Below, piece by piece: positions 39,941-52,816 of a DNA stretch of 64,000 nt; positions within the stretch are counted from its first letter, which is position 1, and every line of letters begins with the position of its first letter. The notes beneath the pieces were generated by a model. It was given only the letters and a program-made list of their open reading frames with translations, did not search any database and was not told where the DNA came from. The DNA comes from Balamuthia mandrillaris. Its lineage: Eukaryota. The translations under genes were made by a program, and so were the position numbers. Location of the stretch: positions 62,001 through 126,000 of the forward strand of contig JAVKOQ020000044.1 in the NCBI GenBank assembly GCA_031835245.2. The letters are read 5' to 3'.

Positions 39941-40152
39941 TTTTTCTCTTTCTTCTTGTCTCTTTCTTCTCTTTCTTTCTTTTTTCTTTCTTTTCTCAGT
40001 AATTCTCACGTCGTCATTAAAAAGAGTTTCGTGTCGTCATTGTAATTTCCTCTTCGGGTCGTCCTTGTGAAACTTGTAGCGTCGTCACGACATATTGTTT
40101 ATTATTGCAATAATTATAACTTTAGAAAAGTCGTTAAAAACGTTAACGTCTT

Positions 40153-41972
40153 TTATTGTTTGTTATGCTCGTAGAAGCCACGCCCAGACTTGACGCCTGT
40201 TTCGTTCATTGTCAAAGGGATGTTCAATCATACAAGAAGGAGAAGAAGAAAACGAAGAAGAGCAAGAAGAAGAACAACAACATAAGACAACATAAGACAA
40301 CGAAAATTATTAAAGAGAAAGAAACATCAACAAAAAAGAATGAGAAGAAAGAAACGCGGAAAGAAACGAAAAGAAAGCACAAACACAAAAAGGAGGGAAG
40401 TATATGTACCTAACCAACCGGCGTCCACGTACTTAATGAGCAAGGGGCACGGTCTGTACTTGTCATCTCCAAGTTGGGAGTGCAACACACGCCTGTGTTG
40501 TTTTTTTGTCAGTGAGAGCAGAATTCATTTACAATATAAAGAGTGAGAGAGACGCACATGATAGCAAGGCAAGTGTCAAGACCAATAAAGTCAGCCAACT
40601 GAAGAGGTCCCATCGGCATGTTGCATCCAAGTTTCATCGTCACATCTATGTCCTCTCTGGAGCCCAATCCCTAAACAAATACAAAGTTAAACGAGGAAAA
40701 GGAGAGCAGCAGAGAAAAAGCGAAACAAGATGACGAGCAGGAAGAGAAACATACATCTTGAAGAGCCATAACGGCCTCGTTAATGTAGGGCATGAGCAAC
40801 CTGTTAGCAATGAAGCCAGGGCGATCATCGGACCTGGCGGTGGTCTTGCCCATGGCCTCTGCCAGTTTGAGGGTCGTGTCCAAAGTTTCAGAGGAGGTGG
40901 CCAATCCTGGAATGATTTCTACCAACTTCATAACAGGCACTGGATTCATCTGAAATAATGGTGAATTGGTGTTAACCGTCAAGAGAGAGAGAGAGTGAGA
41001 GAGAAGAAACAAACGTACAAAGTGCATGCCGATCACTTTGTCGGGACGTTGGGTGAACGCAGCAATCTTAGTGATGGAAATGGAGGAGGTATTGGTGGCC
41101 AGAATGGCAGTGGGTGCAGTGGCCTTCTCGACCTCCTTAAATATCTTTTCCTTGACGGCAACGTCTTCCGTAACGGCCTGTTATATGAGTTATTTTTAGG
41201 GTCGTTTTGGTTTTATCGTTGTTGCTTGTCACGCGTTAAAGCGTTACTTACTTCAACGACAAAGTCAACAGAGTCAAACGCTTTAAAATCGGTCGTGACG
41301 CTGATCCGCTTCTTCGTGTCCTGCACCTCCTCAGCGGTCATCTTTCCTTTGGCCACATTCTTCTCGAATAACTTGTCTACCAGGAGAAAGCAGAAAAGAG
41401 GTGATATTAGAAAGCAATGCCAGGACAGAACGAAACTCCAAGAAAGAAAGAGTGTAAGACTACGAGAGAGAGAAGGAGAAGGAGAGAAGAGGAACAACTA
41501 TTGTTTAAGAGCGAGAGAGAGAGAGAGAGAGAGAGGAGGACGGCAAGCATACCCATGAGCTTCATGGACTTTTGGATGCTGGCCTCGTTGGCGTCCATCA
41601 GGACAACGTCGAGCTTGGCCGTTTGGGCGGCCACTTGGGCAATGCCCGCTCCCATCTGTCCAGCTCCAATCACGCCAACCTTCCTCACCTTTTGTTTGGA
41701 TTTCAAAAGTGGGAATGCTAAGCAAGGAGAAGAACAAGGAGGAGAAGGAGAAAAAGAATGAACGAAACCGGATTGGCAGCATAGAGGCGAGTTTGAGCGG
41801 AAGCTGAGGCTGAGAGTAACGATGATTGGCCCAACGGCTGAATTGTTCGTTGGTGGTTCAGCACCACTGGAGTGAGAAACAAAAAAAAAGGGAGGGTGGC
41901 TCTTACCACGCGACGAACCGCGGTGCCAGCAGCGAGGTCGACGAAGCTCTTCTTAGCGCCTGCTCTCCACAT
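40153..41972 (-). CDS. 3-hydroxybutyryl-CoA dehydrogenase (Hbd-type), predicted mitochondrial
   Basis: [81 protein letters not shown]. Transit-like N-terminus. Multi-exon. Confidence 0.9.
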
Positions 41973-42387
41973 CGTTTTTCTCCTTTTTCTTCTTATTCGG
42001 TTCTCGCTCTGCCCAATAATTTTATCGATATATTCCATTTTTTAACAATAATTTTATTTAAGCTGAAGTCACCAATCAAAAATCAAAAGGGAATGTCTAC
42101 AAATATGTCAAGCAGATAATAGCCGGTATTAATTGTCGACTTTAATATCTGCTCGAAAAGAAATGGCAAGGCAAAAAACAGCAGCAAAAAAGTTTCTGCG
42201 TGTAGCTCAGTTTTAGCGGGGATAACAATAAGTATCCACTAGGACCACTACTAAACCGGACCATTGCGCGTTGGACATGTTAAAAATGGCGGTTAAACGA
42301 GGAGTCATAAAGTAACGGTTTGATGAAAAATTCAAAAAAAAAAAAGTAAAAATCGGAAAAAGAAAAAAAGAAAAAGAAGAAAAGAAA

Positions 42388-44960
42388 ATGAATAGAAGTT
42401 TAACGACGACGACGACGAAGAAGAAGAAGAAAGAGCCGCCCACCCGAGTCACGCGCAAGGAGTCGTTCGGCGGGAGTGTGGTCATCATACGGGACTCGGA
42501 GAGCGAGGAGGAGGAGGAGGAGAAGGAGAGGGCGGCCAACCGCCTCCCGCGCGGCGCCGAGAACAGCTCCGACGAAGATGAGAACCGAAAGATCGAAAAG
42601 ATCCTAAAGATGCAGAAGAAGAAGTACGTGGAGGAGGTGGAGGCCGCCCGTCGCCGCCGCCGCATGGAACGACGGAAGCGGAGAGAGGCGGAGAGAAAGC
42701 AGGCAGCCATGAAAGAAGAAGAAACACAGCAACAAGAAGGAGAACCAAAGCAGCGCCGCTCTCCCTCGCCGCTGCGGGAGGAGAGACAGCATCGACAGCA
42801 CCGTCGGCGTCGACGCAAGGGAGAGAAAGGAGGAGACGAGGAAGAGAAAGAGAACCGGAACGCAGAACAAGTGGTGAAGAGCGAGGAGAAGACCACTACC
42901 ACAACGCAGAAGCAAGAAGAGGAAGAAGAAGAAGGAGAATGGATAATAAAGGAGGAGGAACAAGAGGGAGGCGGAGCAGGAGGAGGAGGAGAGGCGGAAG
43001 AAAAGGACACGAGTTCGGAGGAAGACCTGTTGGAGCTGTCGTCGGAGCCGTCTGACCTGCCGCCGGAGAATGAGGAGGAGGATGAGAGCGGGCATGAGGA
43101 GGCGGGCCAAGAACTGAACCAAGTACTTTCTTCTTTCTTCTGTCTTTCTTTTTTTTCCGCCTGTTCCTCTCTTTTGTCGTTTCTCTCTTCTCTGCTTCTC
43201 TGTTCGTGGTTCTCTTTCTCCTTGTTCTTGTTCTTGTTCTTGTTCTTGTTCTTGTTCTTGTTCTTGTTCTTGTTCTTGTTCTTGTTCTTGTTCTTGTTCT
43301 TGTTCTTGTTCTTGTTCTTGTTCTTGTTCTTGTTCTTGTTCTTGTTCTTGTTCTTGTTCTTGTTCTTCTTCTTGTTCTTGTTCTTCTTCTTGTTCTTGTT
43401 CTTCTTCTTCGTGTTCTTGTTCTTGTTCTTGTTCTTCGTGTTCTTGTTCTTGTTCTTCGTGTTCTTGTTCTTGTTCTTGTTCTTCGTGTTCTTGTTCTTG
43501 TTCTTGTTCTTCTTCTTCTTCTTCCCTGCACCAAGAGCTCACCATTCCACAAACACAAACCAATATAGTTAGAGGAGAGCATGCTCATATTGCGAAAGGC
43601 CATTACCGATGAGAAGCAGCTAACATCCATGCTGAACAGTCTCGTCTTGTTCATAAAGCGGTACCCCCGCATTCGCATTGCGCATCCAAAGCTGACGCCG
43701 GAGGGAGTTGCATTGCTGCGAGCGGTTGGTTTTGAGGAGGAGAACGGCTATCTCATCACTACACCACGGAACCGTGACCTCATCAAAAAGAACGGGGACT
43801 GGGTCGCCGACGAATTGGCAAAACTCCAAGGCACTTACGTTCCTGTCAAGAAGGTAATTGAGTCTTCTCCCCTCTTTCTATTCTCTTTCTAGATTCTCCC
43901 TCGCCTCTTTTCTCTCTTGTTATTGCTGTTGTTTTGTTTTGGCTTCTTTTGGGTGATGCGAACAAAAATTGCAGCCGATTATAAGAAGGGCAACATCAGA
44001 TGACCTCTTGCGGGACAGTGTGCGTTATCCAACGGGGCATGCTGACACTAAAGGGAGAAGAGAGTACATGGAGGATAGGGCTGTGTTGTTGGGAGGCTTT
44101 GTGAAAGGGCGACAGTCGGAAGATTACTTTGCTGTATTTGATGGGCACGGCGGTGCTGATGCTGCTGAGTTTGCTGCTCTCAATCTTCACAGAAACTTGG
44201 AAGCACAACTTACGGTCTCTCTCATTCTCTTTGCTTATTCTTTCTGTCTTTCTCATTCTTGCTTATTCTTTTTGTGACTTTACAACAGAAACTAAAAGAT
44301 CCGGTTAAAAGCTTGAAGGCAGCATTTGTAGAGACTCACAAACAAATCATCAACGAGAACGTGCAAGGCGGCACCACAGCGCTGGTCTGCTTCTGCCAAG
44401 GGGATCGGATGTACATCGCCAACGCGGGAGACTCTCGTGCTGTCCTTCACTCCAACAAACACAAAGCCTTGCGGATCACCGTCGATCACAAACCCAATAA
44501 CCCTATCGAGAAGAAGCGAATCAAGGAGAGAGGAGGAAAGGTCACGCATGCTTGGTGGTTCAGTAAGTGTTATCGTGTGAATGGAATACTTGCTGTGGCT
44601 AGGGCTCTTGGCGATGCGTTCATCCATGAGGTCATCACCTCTGAGCCTGATGTCTTTGATGTAAGTGAACATATTACAGGCACTAACGGCTTCATTATCC
44701 TTGGTACTTTTTGCTTTCTGCATCCCATCTATTCTCCATTTCTGCTTCACTCTTCCTTACCGTATTCTCTCTCTCTCTCTCTCTCTCTCTGTACAGCATG
44801 TGATGGATTGTGGGACGTATGCTCGGACGCAAAAGCGGTGAAGATAGCTTCAGCTTCAGAAGACCCACGAAAAGCAAGTCGTCTGCTGATGAATTATGCC
44901 TACCGCAAGGGAAGTACCGACAACATCACCGTCATCGTCATTCGCTTTTGGCGGAAATGA
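42388..44960 (+). CDS. Protein phosphatase 2C with charged N-terminus and possible PUB-like segment
   Basis: GRREYMED, AVFDGHGG, GTTA, ANAGDSRAV, DHKP, LAVARALGD, ACDGLWDV, GSTDNITV. Confidence 0.88.
43222..43522. repeat. (TTCTTG)n microsatellite, intronic in the PP2C gene
   Basis: Direct reading. Confidence 0.95.
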
Positions 44961-45094
44961 AAAACATAACTAAGTTGGACTCGTGCTTATTTATTTCTTT
45001 TCTTTTCTTTTCTTTTCTTGTAAGTAAAGTAACATTCCGTCTCCTTTGATAACCAGTCGTTATGCGCTCTTTCTTTCGTTTTATGTTATTGTTT

Positions 45095-45904
45095 TTACGT
45101 GTCATAGTAGGATGAGTCTTCTTCATCTGAGTCATAGTCAAAGTCATCGTCGTCAGAGTAATCGGATTCCTCTGAATCAGAGTCTTCCAGACTGAGTTTG
45201 CGCAGCTCCAATGCGTCACGCAGAGTGCTTTGCAATGATTCCAACAAGCTTCCTGCTGCTGAAGAGCCTTTGGATTGCTTTTATGTGTGGTGTGTAAAGT
45301 TGATGGTGAGAAGAAGCAAGAAGCAAGATGGCAAAAGAAAAAAAAACCTGTTGAGATGCATCCACTGACTTCAGCTCAAAGCCTTCTCTGATCTGAGCCA
45401 ACAGTCCTCCCAAGTTTGAGCTTGATGCTATTTGCAGAGGAAGATGAGAGACAAAAAGTTTAGTGTTAGAAACAAAGAGAAAAGAAAAAGAGAGGGACAG
45501 AAACAAAAAAAAAAGAAACCTGAAAGAGATATCGGAGGTGGTGGGGCAGGAACAGAAGAACATGGAGGTGGGGGTGCTCCAGAAGGAGGTGGCGGTGGCG
45601 AAGGAACAGCGGAGGAAGAATCTCCCAATCGAATGGACTTTCTGAACTCGTTGGAGTCTCTCTCCAACGCCACCGATCCTTTCTTCTCCTCTTTGATGAG
45701 CTGCACAAAGATGCGATGACGCATGTTCCAGAAGCTGCTCTGGCAGTTCTCTAGTCTGTTGAAGAAGGTGGCGACCACCTCTTTCTTCTTGGACCCGGAA
45801 GGAGGTGTCTTTTTGGGATGATAAGGATATGCTTCTACCAGCCCATCCATGTCTAGACAAAGATGTCGGTAAGTGAGAAAGAGGGAGAGAGGGAGGGAGG
45901 GAGG

Positions 45905-45942
<38 letters not shown>

Positions 45943-47216
45943 TAAGAGGAAGAGTGAACCTTTTTTCATATCATCAAGTTCCTTTTGAAGCATTTCCTCA
46001 ACGAGTTGCATCTTCTTCTCCATGCGTTGCCGTTCCTTCTCCATCAAGTCCAGAGCAGCTGTGGCAGCATTCCTGGCTTTCTCCTGCTTGGCAAAGGCCT
46101 CTTCCAACTGGACCAAACCTTGCATAAAGAATGCCAGCTGATTGTCCATTGATATCTCTCTCGACTCTTTGGTTAGCTTGCGAGAGGTTCTTTTGAGCTC
46201 CCGAGACTTCCGTTGGAGGAGGAGTTCTTCTGGGGTGGCGGTGCTATCAGAGGGAGTGACAACGACACGAGGAGAGGCAGGGACGGCTGCGTCTTCAGAA
46301 GATGGAGGAAGAGGGCGAGGCGACAGTCCGCGTCTGCTTCGAGTTTCCCTTTTGATGGCTTTGCGTTCCAATCTTCTCTGTCGTCTCTTTCGTCGCAGTT
46401 CATCTGCTTCTTCTCTATAACACAGGAAAAAAAGTACGCAGCAGGAACAGAACGAAGAATAAAAGAGCAGATAAGAAAGAAAGAAACGACAAGAAAGAAA
46501 GGAAAGAATGAATGAATGAAAGAATGAAACCACAAGAAAGAAACAACAAAGAAAGAACACAGAAGAATGCGTACATTGCTTTCTGAAGGTCCTCCAAAGA
46601 GGTGATGTGTTTGGTGGCCTTCTTATCAGAGGCGGCCATTTCTCTCTTTTCGGTGGCGGCGGGTCGCCCGGCCGCACCCGGCTGCTTCTCTTTGGCGTCG
46701 TTGATCTTGGACATGATGTTCTGTAACGCTGCTTGTGACTTTTCTTGTTGTTGCTTTTGTCGAGCAACCTGTTGTTTAAAAAAAATGTATGTGAGTGGAT
46801 CGACTTGAAAACAAAGAAGAAAAAGTATTTACCCGTTCTCTTTTGGCGGCAAGCTCTTGCTTCAACTTTTCTAAAGCCTCCAGCTTTTCGTTTCGAACCT
46901 TGGCCTCATCTCCTTCTTCTTCCTTCTTGCCTTCTTCTGCTCCCTCGGTGGTGGAGGTAATGGTAATAATATTTGTGCTGTTCTCAGGAGGAGTTGGTTC
47001 CGAGGAAGGATCGCTTTCGGAGCGGGCTTCGGCCGTGGGAACCACAGCTTCTTCTTTCTGGACTCCGGTGGTTGTTGTTACGGGTGTGGATGCTTCAGTC
47101 TTCTTTGCGACGAGGAGCATGTCGGTAAGCGTGTTGCTGCTGTTGCCGCGTCGAGCTCGGGCGGCTTCTCTTTGCTTTTTGATAGCCTCCATCTTCTCTT
47201 TGAACTTCTCTGCCAT
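45095..47216 (-). CDS. Coiled-coil, proline-rich, WH2/central/acidic (VCA-like) protein
   Basis: Coiled-coil exons, PSPPPPPSGAPPPP, WH2 LLAQIREGFELKSV, amphipathic LLESLQSTLRDALELRK, acidic tail DSDSEESDYSDDDDFDYDSDEEDSSYYDT*. Start codon uncertain. Confidence 0.7.
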
Positions 47217-47393
47217 TTTTGTTTTTTGGCGTGTGCGTACGTGAGAAGGGACGGGACCTCCTGCTTCGTCCTTGTGATGGGTTCTGTTCCTTTCGTAGCT
47301 GGTCGGTGTTTGAACTTTTTCGCTCACCTGTTATGCGCTCGTAATATGCGGATATTAATATTAACAAATATGCAAAGAATGAGAAACATTACT

Positions 47394-47516
47394 ATCATAC
47401 CAATCATTCTCGTGCTTTGTCGACAAAGTAGGATTCTTGGCATGCCAAACATTTCCATCATACCAATCATTCTCGTGTTTTTGTCGACGTTAAAAATTTT
47501 TGGCATTCCAAACATT
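47394..47516. repeat. Diverged 63-bp tandem duplication, each copy containing GTCGAC
   Basis: ATCATACCAATCATTCTCGTG..TTGTCGAC..TTGGCAT.CCAAACATT starts at 47394 and again at 47457. Confidence 0.85.
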
Positions 47517-47666
47517 CTGTAGAGGCTTTCGTGTCGACAATGCCAACAAAAATTTGGTTTGCCGCAAACAATATTTTTTTTTGGGTTGTGGAAGAAGAAA
47601 GTGGTGGTGATTTGGTTTCTTTTGCACAAGGAAAAAAACAGTAGCAGCTAGTACGATTGGTTAACC

Positions 47667-48120
47667 ATGAGCAGCATTGGCACTGGAGTATGCAGTTTTT
47701 CTCTTTTTGGTGTTCTTTGTGATGCAACTCGATTAACGCTGGTGTTCGATGATGTTTTTTGTGTGTGTATGTTTGCAAATGTAGTACGATTTGTCAGCCA
47801 CAACCTTTTCTCCTGATGGCAGAGTGTTTCAAATGGAGTATGCCCTCAAAGCTGTCGAGAACAGCGGGTATGTTTTTTTTAAAAAAAATTGCTGCTTGTT
47901 CGCTTTGGATTGTGCGTGTGGTGTGGTCGCTGACGCTTTTTTGTTAACAGAACGGCCATCGGCTTGAGAGTGAAGGATGGTGTGGTGTTTGCTGTCGAAA
48001 AACTCGTTATTTCAAAGATGTTGGTGCCTGGCAGCAACAGGCGTGTGCACACAGTGGACAGACACGCTGGCTTGGTTCGTTTGTGTCCTGTTTCTTTGTT
48101 TCTTGTTTTATGCTTGTTCT

Positions 48121-48157
<37 letters not shown>

Positions 48158-48559
48158 GATCTCTCTTATGCTTCCTTCAGACTTAATGTTTTCTTTTTTT
48201 CCCTTCTTTCTTCTTTGTCTTCTTTTCTCACCTGCTTTGCTGCATTAACTCACTTCCTTCGACCGCGATGCCCAATAGGCTGCAGCAGGACTCGTAGCCG
48301 ATGCCCGTCAGCTGGTTAACCGCGCTCGGGCAGAGGCCAAGAACTATCGCTCCTTCTATGGGGACTCCATTCAGGGGCGGGTGCTTGCTGAGCGCTTGGC
48401 CTCCTTCATGCAAATGTACACTCTCTATGGCAGCGTGAGGCCATTCGGCACCTCTGTTTTGGTTGGCTGCGTGGACAAACAAGGACCACAACTCTTCATG
48501 ATTGATCCTTCTGGTCTTCATTACGTACGTTATTGCTTTTCTTCTTTCCCTCTTTTTTT

Positions 48560-48600
<41 letters not shown>

Positions 48601-49115
48601 TCTGCTCTCTCCCTTTTTTTTAAAAAAAAACTAAATGTTTGCATCAACCACAGGGTTATTATGGTTGTGCGGTAGGTAAAGGTGCCAGAGCCGCCAACAC
48701 CGAACTGGAAAAGCTGAAGCTGTCTGAACTTACCGCACGAGAGGCCCTCAAAGAGGCCGCCAAAATGTACATTTCTTATCGCTTTCTTGTCGTTTCTCTC
48801 TTTCTCTCTTTCTTGTCGTTTCTTTCTTTCTTCTTTCTCTCTCTGTTTTGCATTCCTCACATTTGCTCTCCTCTTTTTGTCTTCTGCCCCTTCTTCTTTA
48901 CTTATGTGTTGTTTTCTAGCATCTATTCGGTGCATGATGACGTGAAAGACAAAGCATTCGAGTTGGAGCTGAGCTGGGTGTGTGCTGAGACCAACAACGA
49001 ACACCAACTGGTGCCCGATGAGCTCAAGGCGGAGGCGGAGAGGGAGGCCAAGGCCGCTCTCGAGTCGGATGAGGAGAGCGAAAGCGAGAGCGATGAGGAT
49101 GACCTCAGAGGATAA
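47667..49115 (+). CDS. PSMA3: 20S proteasome subunit alpha type-3 (alpha7)
   Basis: [53 protein letters not shown], acidic tail. Confidence 0.95.
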
Positions 49116-49232
49116 TAGCAAAAACACGAGAGAGAAAATGGATGAGAGAAGAAAGAAGAAAAAAAACAAACACACTGAAACCTCTTTCTTCGTTTGTGTT
49201 TAACTACAGAGAGGACGGAACGTTTTTTTTTT

Positions 49233-50246
49233 TTAGTTTTTAGGAGAAGGAGAAGAAGGAGAGGAGAAAGCTTGAATGCCAGTGATGGCGCGTCCAAGGA
49301 TGAGAGCATGGATGCTGTTGGTTCCCTCGTAGGTGTTGACGGCCTCCAAGTTCATCGCGTGGCGGATGATGTGATACTCATCGCTGATGCCGTTGCCGCC
49401 CAACATCTCCCTCGCCCGCCTGGCGATGTCGATGGCCTTCATGCAAGAGTTTCGTTTGATGAGGGAGATCATCTCAGGGGCAGCTTTGCCCTCGTCTTTC
49501 AGGCGGCCCACCTGCAGAACGGCTTGCAAGCCCAAAGCGATTTCGGTGCACATGTCGGCCAAGTCCTTTTGGATGAGTTGGTTGCGGGCCAGAGGGGAGC
49601 CGAATTGGCGGCGGTCGAGCACGTAATCGCGGGCGATGTGCATGCACTCCTCGGCAGCGCCTAGCGCCCCCCATGCGATGCCGTAACGGGCATTGTTCAA
49701 ACAACCGAATGGCCCCTTTTATTGGCAGTCAGTTGAGGTATCGCAATAGGAAAAGGAGCAAAGAAAAGAGGATAGAGAATGGCCCCAGAAAAGTGGAAGG
49801 TGAAAAGATAAAGAAAGAAAAGAGAAAAAAAAGAAAAGAAAGGGCAAAAAGAACCTTAAGGCCCTTAGCCTTGGGAAGAAGGTTGGCAGCTGGTACTTCC
49901 ACATTCTCCATCATGATCATGCCCGTGATGGAAGCTCTCAAGGAGAACTTGCCATGAATCTCAGGGGCGGAGAGGCCAGACATGCCCTTCTCCAGGAGGA
50001 AACCCCTGATGACGTTCTCCTCGTCCTTGGCCCACACTACGAACAGATCAGCGATGGGAGAGTTGGTGATCCACGTTTTCGAGCCGTTGAGGATGTAGTT
50101 GTTGCCCTTCTTGACGGCCTTGGTCTCCATACCTCCTGGATCCGAGCCGTGGTTGGGCTCTGTCAATCCGAAGCAACCCACTATTTCTCCCTTTGCTGAG
50201 GTTTTTGTTTTAAAAAAATTAATGAGCTGTGCTTTTATATTTTCTT

Positions 50247-50292
<46 letters not shown>

Positions 50293-51037
50293 CGCTCATT
50301 GCTCGAAAGGAGAAAGAAGGAATACCTAGTTTAGGCAGATACTTTTTCTTTTGTTCCTCTGTTCCGTATTCGTTAATGGGGTGCATCACCAACGAAGACT
50401 GCACGCTCATAGCTGAGCGATAACCGCTATCCACTCTATTATTTTGGGGTATTATGTGAGAAAGAAGATAAAGAAGAAAGCAGGCAAGAGGCAAGAAAGA
50501 AGAGAACAAAGTAGAGACGCAATAACAAAACAAGCCAAAACGAACCTTTCAACCTCACGGGCGATAAGGCCATAAGTAACGTAGTTAACGCCAGGACAGC
50601 CGAACCCATCGATGGTAGAGCCGAGCATGCCCAACTCCCCCATCTCGTTCATTATCTCGCGGTCAAAGTGGCCTTTGCGGTTGGCCTCGATGATGCGAGG
50701 CTTGAGCTTTTCTTGGCAGTACTCATAGACCGAATTACGAACCAGCCTCTCCTCCTCCGTTAGCCTGCTTTCGAGGTTAAGGGGATCTTGCCAGTCAAAA
50801 GGTACTTTGCCTGTTTGGAAAGAAGCATTGGTTTCGATCCCCCCAAAGAGCGAGAGAGAAAAGGTTTCAGTTGCGATGCAAAAAAAAGTAGCGGAGCTGA
50901 TGGACAGATAGGAAACCTTCCGTGGAGGCAGAGGTAGCAAAGGACCGAGCAGCAACTCTGCTGGAGCGCAAAGTGGTGCTTGCCAGAGGTAAACGCAAAG
51001 AGCCCAGTAGCCTGATCGATGAGGAGGTCGTTTGCAT
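49233..51037 (-). CDS. GCDH: Glutaryl-CoA dehydrogenase, mitochondrial
   Basis: [89 protein letters not shown]. Confidence 0.95.
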
Positions 51038-51114
51038 CTTCTTCACTTGCGACTGAGTCGTAGGAGCAGAGCGGCCTTCGTTACTACTTCTTTTCTGCAA
51101 CAGAATATCTTTTT

Positions 51115-51276
51115 GTCGACTTTCTGTTCTTGCGTTGAATGCTGACGTCATGTTCATTATGTGCTTGCGTCATTTGGACGATTTTGTTTCCCAATAGAAA
51201 ATCATAAATTCAGATCTGCAAATGAATCTACAATGCATTCACATCCTCACGACTTCCTGACGTCAGCAGTGTCGAC
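51115..51276. promoter_or_regulatory. GCDH/TIM50 divergent promoter with 2 GTCGAC and 2 TGACGTCA motifs
   Basis: GTCGAC at 51115 and 51271; TGACGTCA at 51143 and 51258. Confidence 0.55.
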
Positions 51277-51395
51277 AAATCCAAGAAAAAAATCAACAAC
51301 CAAAAAGGGGGAAAGAAGCAGAGAGAGAGAGAAGAGAGAGAAAAAGACCCTTTGATTCACTCCACTCCCAACTTCCAATCACACTCTCTCTCTCC

Positions 51396-52774
51396 ATGCA
51401 ACAGGCCTGTCGCAAACCACAGTTTCTTTGCGAGACTCTCTTCTCGCGAGTGGCCACTGCTAGAGGACCACCCCGTTCGTCCCTTGGTGGCCGCCTTTCC
51501 GCTGCCTCTGGCTTGATTTCTTCGTCTCGCGCCCCCTCTTCTCTCTGCGCCACCAGCTTTCGCTCCTTCTCCCGCGCGTCGTTCTCGCCTGCCTTCCGCA
51601 GTACTCTCCCGTCGTCGCTGGGAGGAAAGAATAGAAGGGCCTCCTCCATCGTGTTTGCTTTCCCCTCTGTTGGGGGAGCTGCCAGACAAGGAGGCCCCAT
51701 CAGCGGCTTTGCTCGCAGACAGGCTCACTCTTCCACTTCTTCTTCTACCACGACCTCCTCTTTTACAAACAACAAGACAAGAACGAGCTTGCTGCTGGTT
51801 GGCGCCCTCGCTAGCGTCACAGGCGGTTATGCTCTCTTCGCCACTAATGGTTGGTTTTTTTTGCACCTCTGTCTTCTCTCTCTCTCTCTCTCTCTCTCTT
51901 CTCCTCTTCCTCTCGTTTGCCTGCTTATTTGCTCAACAATTACAACAGTGGTGCAAGCGGACGGTAAAGGAAAAGAAGATGGAGACAAAGGAAAAGAGGA
52001 CTCGTTCTCACTGCAAGGTCTTTACGACCGCATATGGGGAGTTTATGAGGTATCGCTTCTCATCACTCACTGCCTCTCTCTCTCTCTCTCTCTCTCTCTG
52101 CCAAGTTATCTCTTCTCGTTCTCTTCTCCTCTTCTCTCAATTCAAAAAAATAATGGTTCATGCAAAACAGGAAATGGTACACGAGGCGGGCAATCAACAA
52201 AAGCAACTTCTTCCCGATCCGGTGCCACCTCCCTACGGCAGGGAACTCTCTCTCGTTATTAGCGATGACCTCTTGCTGAAAACCGTTTATGAGGTAAATC
52301 GAACATTCTGCTCTTCTACTATCTGCTTCCTTATCCCTAATAATTAGTACAGCCCAAAGCAGGCGGATTATTGCCAAAGAAGCGACCAGCCACTGAGTAC
52401 TTCCTCGCCTCTGTCGCCTCCAAATTCGAGTGCGTGTTGTGGTCTCGACAAAACCAAGAGGTACCATCTCTCTGTTGTTTTGCTGCAGCGTTTTCACTGA
52501 CACCAATAATAAAAAGGCATATTATAGAGTGATTCAGAAACTGGACCCCAACAATCATTGCCACTTCAAGTTGTTCAAAGACTCAACCAACTTTGAGAAC
52601 AAGAGGGAGGTCAAAGACCTGGCTCGCTTGGGCAGAGATTTGAAGCGAGTCATTGCCATCGACACAGACTATGCCAACGTGAAGCAGAAGGAAAATACCA
52701 TCGTTGTGGAGGGCTATGATGGCTCTGACCACGACCAAACCCTTCTCAGGCTCATTCCATTCTTCCTTAGTACT

Positions 52775-52816
<42 letters not shown>

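Noticed and set aside
42604..43678. Long EQEQ, RTRT and VLVL ORFs
   Set aside because: Stop-free frames of the intronic (TTCTTG)n repeat.
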